Origin: Candidatus Omnitrophota bacterium
Lineage (GTDB): Bacteria; Omnitrophota; Gorgyraeia; Duberdicusellales; 4484-171
Assembly (NCBI GenBank): GCA_037146775.1
Contig: JBAWWL010000001.1
Span: 69,464 to 133,463, forward strand
Length of the DNA stretch: 64,000 nucleotides
Direction: 5' to 3'
The translations under genes were made by a program, and so were the position numbers. Of this stretch, positions 30,001-42,000 are shown piece after piece; the first letter of the stretch is position 1, and every line of letters starts with the position of its first letter. The notes under the pieces were generated by a model. The model was not told where the DNA came from. It saw nothing but the letters and a program-made list of their open reading frames with translations, and searched no databases.

Positions 30001-33000
30001 CGAAAACCCTTGCGGCGCGTCTATTTTAATAGAGAGCGTAGATAGTATTGATGATATTCAGGTTTCAGAAATAAATCAAACCCATTTCTGCCCTAGTATT
30101 ACTATCTCTGCTAGTTCGTCCAGCTCGTCGCTCGAAGAGGGTATAACCAAATCCCACCCCGGAGGTGGGCTTTGGTTGGATATGCCGCAACGTTTCAGTT
30201 CGTATCAGGATATCAACTCACGACTCACGACTTATGACTCACGACTAAATAAAACTAGCTCGCCGTTGTCAGCAAAAGAGCTTACGGTTGCAGAACAGGC
30301 TAAGCTTGTTGAAGCAGAACAAATTCTTGCCGCAAGAAGAGAGTCTGCGGATTTTCTCTCAAGAACATCTGCGTTATATCCGGGAATAGGCAAAACCACC
30401 GCTATCTTTAGGCTGATGCAGCAACTTTTTGGCGGTCAACCAAAAGAAGATGCTTATCTGCAGTTAACCTATCGCTGTAGTTTCGGTTGTGATGATTGTA
30501 TTGCTATTAAGGTGTTGCAAGGCTCCGGTAGAATAGAAGCCGATGAATCAACATTATATAGATTGCTCGATAGCCTTAAAGGATTCAAGCGGATATGGTT
30601 TGTTGGCGCAGGAGAAACTACTGCCTGGGGAAAAGAAAACTTATTCACGCCGAGAGTAAGCGATAAATTTATCCGGCTAATTCAGTATGCCTGTGACTGT
30701 GTTGGTCCTGGTGGCAGGGTGATGATTGTTACCAATACCTACCTTATTCCCGAAGAAGAAGCTTTGCAGCAGGAGTTTTTCGGCCGATTCCAGCGCGAGA
30801 ATATTACCTGGGTTGTGTCTGTCGATTATTTCCATGAAGAGAAACTACGCCAACATCACAATAAAGAATTAGCAGCGATCACTAAATCTATGGAAAAGCT
30901 TGCTTACCGCAGGTTTATTAAAACTGCTTACGAAATGAGATTTGTAAATTCTCATGATGAAACTTTACGTCAAGAGATACTTGAGCATTTTGGGCTATAT
31001 AACAAATACTTAACAAGCAGAAATGATTTTGCTATTCATGACCCGGTTGCCATGGGAAATGCCCAAAGTCTTTCCGGTGCGCGGCCACTAGATCTTGCAG
31101 CGCTCATCAAAGATAACCGCCAGCCTTCCAAGTTGGTTCTTTATGTTGATCCCCGGGGCAATGTCGTTACTTTACAGTTTGTCGCATATATGGAACAGAC
31201 AACTAAAGATATGTTGCACCAGGTGTCAGATAGCAAAGAGAAATTTGTTATTGGTAATATTTATGCTAAACCGCTTGCGGATATTATCGCGGAGGAGTTA
31301 TTACTAGGAAATTACCGTAGAGCCTATCGCAGAGATATGTATTATTTCGTGCAAGATAGAATCAGGCGGTCTATAAACGAAGAGAAGAAGGCAGAGACTT
31401 TTAATCGTTCCTTATCGTTTGTGGAGCGCAGTGTTGTCTGGTATGTACTGGGAGAAGTTGAGGTAGCCCGCGCTTATCTTAACGTACCATGTGTTACCCC
31501 TGATTTGCGCTTGAATGTTTTGGATACGGTTTATCGTATACTTCTTGAGGCTAATAGCATTGACGCGGTAAGTTTTACCCGTGATTGTTTCCCGCAAGAA
31601 TTTAATGCGGAATTCCTTAAAGAGAACGGAGTTGAGCTTGGCGATGCCATGGCCGTTCTTTTTTCTGACCGGTCGCTACGCTTGGCTATGGAATATAGTA
31701 ATCATTTTAATGTATTAAGTGATTGGTGCGGTTTTCCTCGGATCTGGGCGAACTCTATTGATGGACATAAATTATGTTGTCCTGTCTATAGGTTCGAGTC
31801 AGTAATGCACCATATGAGTTTTCATCCAGGCAGAAATCTGGGGGTATGGCAAATAACTCCAGTTGCGCCTGGAGGAGAACATATTGAGATTAAATTAACG
31901 CATGGTTGCAATAACAGTTTACGCATTTACCGTGAACACTACGCACTCGACCATGCTGGTGTCGGCTCGCACTGTATCGGTTTAGCTACCGATCAATATG
32001 CTACTTCTTACTATTGCATGGTAGAGGATTACTCCGCTATGCAAGATTTATTCTTTGTTATTCAACAGGCAGTTAATGCTAACAGGCAGTATCAACGGTT
32101 AGCGAGCGTTTGTCGTTCGCTCGGTGAATTTTCTGCGCGTATAGATCGTGCCGAAATTTCTTTTAATAAAGATTTTCCGCAAGCGCCTGCTGTCATGGTT
32201 ATTGGGCAAAGAGGAATAAGAGAGGATAATCAAATCGCAATGCGCCAAGACGGTACTTTTGTGATTGCTGATAGATATATACTTGCGCAAGAACCCCAAG
32301 GGCAAAAGGCAAGTGTACAGTTAAAAACCATAGTGGTTAATTTTGCGGCAGCTTGTGCCGCACAATTACCTGCAGAGAGTGTGGAGTTGGTAAGGCAAGT
32401 GTCCGAGAGCGCTTTTGGTGATGGGTTCGCCCGTGGTTATGCTTCAAGCGCTATAATCTCTGATAACGATGTTGGCTCAGCCAACTCACCGTTAGTAGCT
32501 ATGCAATTTTCCGTAACTTTTGATAAAAGAGCCATTTTTCCGGATTCAAATGGCCGCGATAATAAAAAAACAGGAAACAGAAACAATACAAATTGGTTGC
32601 GGCGGGATCGGGGCTGGCCTACCTTTCCGTGGCTGGCGGAGGCCAACTTCCCTGCCGTACCTTCCCGTTTACGTTTTACATTGCCTATATATATAGGTAA
32701 GGGTTTTAGGCAGCCAGATAGCCGCGGCCCGCCAACAGGAGTCTCTAATTTATCTGCTTACTCGCTCGCCAAAAATTTCCCCGATAATCAATTAAGTTCA
32801 CCCCTCAGCTGTTCCTCGGAGGCCTTAGGAAGAGTTCGTAATGCTTTGTCCGGACGAGAGTGGTATTCTGGTCATGAAGAATTAGCTAAAGGAATGGTAG
32901 ACGTCTTGGTGGCAGCTTTTCAGAGTAAAAATATTGATCCTTCCAACCGTTTACGTTACGGAGTTATTCCTGTGATTGGTGCTGCTAAAAACTTGGACAT

Positions 33001-36000
33001 ATTTATTCAGTGCATGCAGGCTGCTATTGATATCGCCCAGCATATTGTTACGCCGGGAGAACACGGTATTGATAAATGGTTTGGCCCGGATGCGGCTTTT
33101 GCCGTAGATTTTGAAATACCGGATTGTGCTTATGGTACAAGTGGGTCGAATGACTTAAGAAGTAGACTAGCCGCAATACAAACAAAAGCTGAATCTAGGC
33201 TATTAGTAAAAGCAGCGAAATTATCCTGGAAGCAACATTTTAGAATTGGGCGTAATTTAGGCTATACCAACTGTATACATTCCGGCCCCCTTGGCCCATC
33301 TTGGTCTCCTGGATCGGTTGCTTACGGTATAGCGGCTATTGGTGCCTACCATAAATTTATTCATAACTATAGTACGGTATTAGAAGATATGCTTGTAGGA
33401 AATGGCGAAGCTGTGCAATTGATGGCAAAATTAAGCAGACATATTCGTTCGCAAAGAGAACTTATCTATCAAGGAAACCTTCGTCGTTCAGAGGATTTTG
33501 TCGCCGGAGTTACTGTGCGGGAATGGCAGTGGGATGAAGAATGGTGTCTATACCCGGAATTAAATCTTCAGTATAACGCAGTAGTTAGCACTATCCAGAG
33601 AATAAAACATTTTGATCAGGTGGTTATGCGTATTATAGGTGATATTACCAGTGTTTATCGAATGAAGAGAGGAAAATTTTCCTCTTTACCGCAATGTGAA
33701 GAAGAGGCAATACTAGCGCGGGAATATCTTGATTACATAAAGCGCCAACATTGGGATAGCAGATATCCTTATCTTTGGCCGCCTGTGTATCGTGCGGTAT
33801 TTTTACTGGATTATTTAGGCAAATATATTGATTGTAACGGAGAATCCACACAGGAGATTATAAGAACCGGGCAGGCGCTTGATGTCGGTATTGAATGGCT
33901 TGCTACTAGTGGAATGGAGGTACCAAGTTGGTTTGTTCGCCAAAGAAAGATTATTGAGTTAGCAGAGCAATATGGTGTACCGCAAACTCCCAAAAAATAT
34001 TTGACCATACTACAGAAAGCTTTGCAAGAACCTACTCCTTTAGGCTGTGACCAAGTCTGGCACGCACCAATAGATTTTACAGATTGTGTAGAAACTAAAT
34101 CAGCGTCAGTAATCTCTTCGACAACAGAAAACATTGAAGAGCTGGTTGTTATCGGGGACGTACACGATAATGTATCTGGCTTAGCAATATTGCTTTCGGA
34201 TATACGCCAGTATTATCCCAGAGCTCGTATGATTTATTTGGGGGATTACGCGGATAGTTCTGATGACAAAGCTGATCCCCGGGAAACTGTACGGGTAATT
34301 AACTCTGAGAAGGAACAAGGATCGATACCTATTTTGGGTAATCATGATTTTGCCATATTGCGGGCAGTAAAAGGTGACAGAGAGAAATTCGTTTGGTGGC
34401 TGGATAATAGAGGAGTGCATACTTTTCACAAAATACTTCGTGTAACGCCTGTTTTTGACGTATCCGTTGCCGGAGCAGGGCTCACGGTTGACGAAAGCCA
34501 GGTAGCACAGGCGCTTAAAAAAATGCAAGAAAACGAATTTTTCCAACTTCTGGCGCAAAATTACAGTGAATTGCCTTTATTTTACCGTAATGATGCTTTG
34601 GGTATACTTTGCCTCCATACTGGGCCAAGCCTTGAAGTCAGACAGCTTAATATTGTACAAGACACCAAGAGCCTAGAGGTATTGAATCGATCTTATACGA
34701 TTAGAAATTATAATCAGCGGGATGTTTGGGAATTTCTCATGTATAAAGGATGGCATAATGTGAAAGAAGAAAAAGTTGAAAGAGCGTGTAAACTTTTCCA
34801 CGCGCCCTACCTCGTTCTGGGGCATATTATCCAACGTAAAGAACCGTTTTACCGGCGTATCGGCAATGCTTTTATGATCGATAATAATCTTCAAGGCTAC
34901 CTGTTTGTTTCTAGAGAAAGAGGAATAAGGTTTATACGTCTTTTGTCTGATTCAGCCCGCGATGAAATAGCACTGGTAAGTGCTTCCGAATACACCCAAC
35001 GTTTAGCTGAATTTAGGAATTTAGGAGATACCCACGCGTCTTCCGCAATAGAGAATTCACAACGCCCCGTAATGAAGAAAACGATAAGAGTAATGCGGCT
35101 GTTGTCTGTGGTAACAATACCAATAGCTGCGATTATGCTTTCATTTTATTTTGGTGGTTGGTATATTATCACGGTTAAATCAGGGTTTTTTACCGCTCTG
35201 CTTACGATGTCTATCGTCGGCGGTATTTCGCGTGGTTTGGGAATGTACGTTAACCAAACGCTTAAAGGAGAACATTTTAACCGTAAAAACGTAAAGAAGA
35301 TATTGCGTTGGGCATTGTTTGGAGGGTTGTATTTAGCGATATTTGTCTATGGTGCATGGTTCTATATTTTAAATACCTATATAACCGGCATTTTTGCGAA
35401 TATATATTTAGAGGCAGCTTTAAAAACCTTCCTTGATGTAACGCTGTTTGCCGCATTTGTCGGCCTGCCGGCAAATTTCTTTATCCACAAATTTTTGGTG
35501 TGTTTGAACAAAGAAGAAATAAATTGGAAAAATACCAAAGAAAAATTTAAAAAATTATTTATTTATAATGCCATTTTCTGGATTTTGGGATTAACTCCCG
35601 GATGGATTTGGTTTCCGCAATACATTGTCCTTATTGCAGCAAACTTGGGAATACTATATTCCGGCATATTGATCTATTATCTTGAGGAATGGCTAAGAAC
35701 TAGCGACAAGAAGGTTGCTAATAAAGTTTTTGTTCAGCCAAAAGATAATCAAGCCCCACATTCCAGCTCGCCGGTTTCAGGCAAAGAAAATATTAAAGCC
35801 AAAAAGCAGGGATTAAGAACTTGGTTAAGAAAGAATTGTATGTTAGAGGATTGTGATGAAGCGCTTAGGGAATATCAAACTCAGTGGTGCCCGGCTGAAG
35901 TTGCTTTAAGAAAAATTAATCGCGATATTGGTGTAGATTCTGATAGCCCACGATATCTTTATCGTTACAGAGGACAGGCTCTGATGTTTGACGAATTGTG

Positions 36001-39000
36001 CGTAGTAGCTACAAAAATAATGGAAGTAAAACATACAATCAGAAAAGAAATTGATTACTCTGTAAATGTTTGGGAGACCATTGAATTTGCTTTTGATATT
36101 GCGCGTTCAAGAAGCAAGCATAATTACCTTGCGGTTATTTTTGAATTGGTGCCTGGTAAGCATGGCGTAACGGGTTGTTCGACGCATCGTGATATTGATC
36201 CAAGAGCTATCCGCCGTGTGTTTGTCTATAACAAGATTACAGAGCATTTCGAAAGGGTTTACAAAAAATATTTAACACAAAAATTACGCCATGCCAGTTC
36301 ACCAAACGTTAATGATCCATTGGACAATCTTTTATTGGCAAGAATTGCTCTTGATGATGCTTTGGCCGATGAAATCAGCCTTTATGTGAGTAATTGTTTT
36401 GTTAACATAGGAATACGCAAAAAATTCAGAGGTAATCTTGAGTGGGTGAGAGATTGTTTGCAATCAATCGCAAAAAAGATAAAAGGTGGGCAGTATTCTT
36501 TACTAAAGGCAAAAAGTCGTATCAAGGAATTACAATTAGTTGACACGCTTAAAAATTTATTTCACCTTGTTTTAACAAGAGATAAAGATATCTTTTTGCA
36601 TTTAAGCGATGAGCAAGTCCGTAAGATGGCTGGTGATGATGGGCATCTGCGGGTTGCGATCGACTTTATGTTTTTATTTTCCGAAAGCTTAGCTTCAAGC
36701 TCTAGTGTTTTTGCACATGATTCTCACTCCATACTCCATACTCAATACTCAATACTAGATAAAGCCAGTTCATCCTTACCAGAAAATGCTTCGCCGCGCG
36801 CTCCTCCTGAGCTTGAGGATTTACTCAAAATAGAAACGGGTTTACCGCATTTACTTTCACAATTCTTCTTAAAGAACCGAGTAATACTTGCCTTATTAAC
36901 CGCGCTCACTCATGCCCTTGGATTTTTATTTCTAGGAATGGCAAAACATTCACTTTATCCTATGCAGCTTGCTTTTTGGCTCTTTTTCTTCAATTTATTT
37001 ACCGCCTGCATAGTATTTTATCTTTTAGCAACTAATAATAGCTCGCAAAGTACTTTTAAATTCTTTTTTAGTCTTTTTAAGGTGCTACGTAAAAAAGACT
37101 TTGTGCACCTATTTTTACCTTCATTTATTAATGTTATAAGTTCCATTATTTTATATTTCATTTTTCCTTATGTCCCTGGAGCAATCATACTGACATTTTT
37201 ACAATTAACTATGTTTACCGCACTTCCTTTAGCTTTGCTTTATAATGGCGAAAGAGAAGGCTGGGGGAGAAAGATTGTCGGTGTTTCTATAATTGCTATC
37301 TTAGGATTATTGCCTATGCTTGCCAGCGCCAGTCTTTTTAATTTATATGCTTTATATGGAATTGTCATCGGACTTATGTATGGATTGATTACTCCTTTTG
37401 GCCGCAGGCTTTATCAGGATGTATACCGCCGCGCAGTAGTACAAGATAAAGACGCGCAAACTTTATTTGTTAATCTTCCTTATTTTACCATGGTAATCAG
37501 CTACGCAGTGGGTTTGCTGGTTATGGCACTTACAGTATTTTTTATTTTTCCGACGCCGCTGCTTACTTTTCAAGGAACTTCAATAATTACCGGCCGTATC
37601 CTATTGCCATTTTTTATAGGGATTACATTTTTTATCGGTACCTGGATTTGTGCCTTAAAGTTGCAGCAAATGTTTACATACAATATTTCGAAATATTCTC
37701 CCCTGACTGCATCTGGGCCAATGTTCAGTAAGCTTATTGAGGACGGCATTATGCATGGTGGGCTACTGCATCTTGAAATGTACCCTTCGTTACTTCCACC
37801 GCTTGCGGTAATTCTGGGTGCCTTTATTGCCGCAACCGGAAAGAACAAGAAAGATCATCTTTCGCAAAATAGTATGTCAAATATCGCCAAACAACAACTA
37901 ACTTCAGCTAATTCAGCTTCTCGAAGCTCTTCGAGTGTAGGAGAATCTTTTGTGGCCACACCTACTTTAGATAAAAATACTTATTTCGTTGGCTCGCCGA
38001 GAGGCAATTTGGTAAGAATCTCTGTGTCTGTTTCAAAAATAAGAGCAGTAAATGCTTTATATCGTTCACAAACAGATCCTACGCCGTGTCAGGGAGAGAA
38101 AGCTTTAGCGCAATTGGCAGCTTTTCCCGAATTTCCACACAATTATAATTCGCGACTCACGACTTATGAATCACGACTAATCTTATTTAAGGCAGACCAG
38201 TTTCGTCGCATTGCGAGCGGGACGAGTTCCCCGCTTAGTTTAGAGGATTTGGATTTAACTACGCAGAGCTTACTCGGCGAAGGCAGTTACGGAAAGGTTT
38301 TTAAGGTATTTCAGCGCTGTGCCGACACAGTGTATGCTCTCAAGGTTTATTGTGGTAGCTACCCTCATCAGCCGGATGAGCGGATGCCTTTAATCGATTA
38401 TTTGTTAGATTTTTCTCTTCGATACCCACAACTAACCAGTCGCGGTGCTATGCCACGTTGTTATACTAAGGGAGAGTGTTGGTTGAAAGAAGATAGGATC
38501 GTTGAGGTACCTAACGGGTCTTGTGTTTATCCTTGTGTTATTATGGACTATATTCCCGGCGAGAGCTTAGAGGCGCGCTTAGGGCAGGAATGGCGCACAA
38601 GAGGGAGTTGGCAGCATTGGATTAGTATTCAAGACGCCGTCGAACGCGAGTATGCCGGACTTGCGCTTTTAGAAATATTCGATGTAGTCAAGGCGAAACA
38701 GCTTTCCATTATCAAGGAAAAATTGGAACTGGCATCACGTATCGCGCAAGCAGTCAGTGCTTTCCATGCGGCTGAGATAGTTATTAAAGAATTAAAACCC
38801 GACCATATCATCTTAGGACCAGAGGAAGCGATAGCTTTGGTTGATCTTGAAGGTGCAGTTCCGGTTCATTATGATTGGCAGGAAAACTCGCGTAATATTC
38901 CGCGGGCAGTACGTCGTACACACACAAGAGGGTTTTCGGAAAACCCTGTTTTGCTACGTAGCGATGACCCTACTGTACTGGGAGAGCTAAAAACCATGCT

Positions 39001-42000
39001 TACCGAGCAGTGGGATATTTATAGTTTCGGAATTGTATTGTTTGAAATGGTAGATGTTGTTACCGCGTTGACCTGTAAAAAAACCAGCGACGGGGGATAT
39101 AGAGAGGTTATGCCATTGACGCGGATAAGAGATGAAATAGACAGTTTAAGAAGAAGCCATCCTTGGGGCGACATTAATGGTGTGCTTTTAGAGATTTATT
39201 CTGTGATTGAACGCTGCACTACACTTGAACGCTCACTCCGCTATAAAACGCTTATTGAGGTTAGCGATGACTTGCGGCTATTGGCTGCACGATTGGCTCT
39301 ACAGATAGAACCAATCGTATCAAGATATTCAGCGCAGCGCATTGTGGCTAAGAATGAAGATGGCTGCGCCAGTTCACCGCTGCAAGACTTTATCTATCAA
39401 GAACTAGGAATTTTTGGTCCAGGAGTTGTTTATCCGAATAAAGTAATTTTTGTGGTTGGGCCTAGCGGTTCTGGAAAATCAACCCTAGAAGATGAATTGC
39501 TTAAACGGTATCTAGATAAATTTATTAAGCCGGATCGGGTCAGGAATAGGCTGCCCAAGCCGGGAGAAGAAAAAAGGAATTCCAGGGTATTTGTTTCTGC
39601 CCAAGAATTTATGGCTCGAGAAACGAGCGGAAGAATTCGTTTTGCCACTCAATTACGCGGTAATTGGTATGGATATGATGTTTTTCATCTGCTAGAGGCA
39701 ATGAGATCAGGTAAAACTATGCTTGTCTCAGCTCATGGAATTTTAGATCGCATACGGCCTTATTTTCCTAATAATATGGTAGTGGTGATTTCATCCGTAG
39801 ATTTAAATATCACCACGCAAGGGCAATTACAAGATGCAGTAGAAAGGAGGATCCACGCTCGTAGTCGCACCATTTCCCAGGAAGAGGTCTCATCGCGACG
39901 TAAGGAAGCTTTAATATATCTTCCAAAACCATCCGAGTGGGAACAGGTTATTAATCCAGACGGCCGGCTTACGGAGGCGACCAATAGATTTATAAAATTA
40001 GCAGAGCAATTTATTCAACAAAGACGAAAGCAAAAAGCACTAATTCTTGATTTAAATCATACCTTGTATAATCCGGATGCCTTAGGCGTGACCAAAGCAT
40101 ATCGCGAGGCAAGAAGTGAATTTTTATCCCAAGAATTGCAATGTACTCAAGAACAAGCTAAGGAACGATATCGGCAAGAAAAAGCGCAACTTAAAGCAGA
40201 AGGAAGAGGCGCTATCAGTGTGGAAGTTTTACAAAGATTAGGTATCAATCCGGCCAGGTGGGGTGAGGCTGTTATCACAAAACTGGATTTTGGCGGCCGC
40301 TTCGCAGGACAACTTAAGGAAGATGTGCGATTGCAAGCAGTGCTTACCAGTCTTTCTCAAAAGTATTATCTAACCTTAGTGACTACCAGTGTAGCGGAAT
40401 TTACAGAATTGATACTTAGCTCTTTGGGGGCAAGGCATTTCTTTGATTATATAACTACAGGTTCAGATATTCCTATGCTAGCTAAACCTGATCCAGAACT
40501 GTATAGAATGGTTTCTCGTGCGTTAGATGTACCGATGGAAAATTGTTTAGTAGTCGGAGACAGTGTAGACAAAGATATAGAACCGGCGCAAAGAGCAGGG
40601 GCAAAGACATATTGTATAAGCGGTCAGCAGGATATATACCGCATAGACGAATTAGCCGGAAAGTTATTAGGAAAAAGTGGGTGCGCGGTCAGTTCATCTA
40701 TAAAACAGTGTATTAATTGGAACTTGAAAGATTATATCGATTTACCACAGACACGGCAGGCAATGGGGATTCTTCTAGCTGATAAATATGTTTTTTTCAG
40801 TCGTAACCACAAAGCCAAACCGCAGCAATTGTTATTTCAATATCGATGTAGCTCTCCCGGCTCCTTAAGGTCTGATTTGCCGGCTCAAGCGGTAAGGCAA
40901 AGTTTACAAGCCGCTATTTTGATTCGACTAGAGCAACATGATAAAAAACGTGTTTTTGTTATAAGGTTATTCGGGCCTCCGGGTTCAGGCAAGACCGAAG
41001 TGTACACACCTTTTTTAATGCATTGGTTAGGACAAGAAAACCTTAAGATAGCACATGTTACTAGTTTAGGTAGTCTCGAGGCAGAGCTTTTAGAGGTGAT
41101 GGTGCACGATATAGATGTTTTAATAGTTGAAACTAGCGATTATGAATTTAGGATTAAAGATTTAAAAAATGTTGATTTTTCTATAAGACTTTCTAGTAGT
41201 CGGCAAAGCAGAGAAGAACATCTTAGGCTAGATGGAATCGGCGGTGAAAACTTAATAAGACTTTTAGATAAAGGCGACAGAGTCCAGGCGAAAGGCCTCA
41301 ATTGGCAAGATCCAGATATTATTATTGATATCGATAGCGGTGAAATAAGAGGAAGAAGGCGCGTAACTTTATCGTTGGAATATTTAATAGAGGAAATCCT
41401 TAGGGATTTTCCTCTTGCTACTAACGCCGAACTTGCTAGAGAAATCAAACAACAATATGGCTTGGAAGTTGAAAGGGAATGTCCCGATTTTTATGGCCGC
41501 GTAACGGTGCTAAGAAAGGCGGTAGATTTGGATATGGGTATAGTAACCAGGACGTTTGTAGTCCATGCACAGACTGGTCAGCATCACGAGGCGGTGATCG
41601 CGATTGGAACAGACGTAGTTAATCCTCTAACCGGAGAGCTACTGCCAGAATCTGAGTGTAATGGTCGTTTATTAAGACCAGATTTGTATGGCCCATCATA
41701 TGTTTCGGCCAGATTATCGATAGGAAGAGTAAATAACCTATGTGAGGGTAGATTTGTGTATCGTCTACAAGACTGGAATGGTCATCCGAGTATTGAAGTG
41801 CATAGTGTGTTTGTAACATTGCACAACCAGCATGTTTTTGGAGATAAAAGGTTATATAAATTCGTGGGGGCCAGATTGATGCAGACAGCAGCCATCATAA
41901 GCAAAAATAATTCTCAAACCCAAGGAGCCTTTCATCTAAGGTCTTTAAAGCTAAAAGCAGAGGCTCAAGATTTTTATACTGCATTTGCCGATTACGGACT

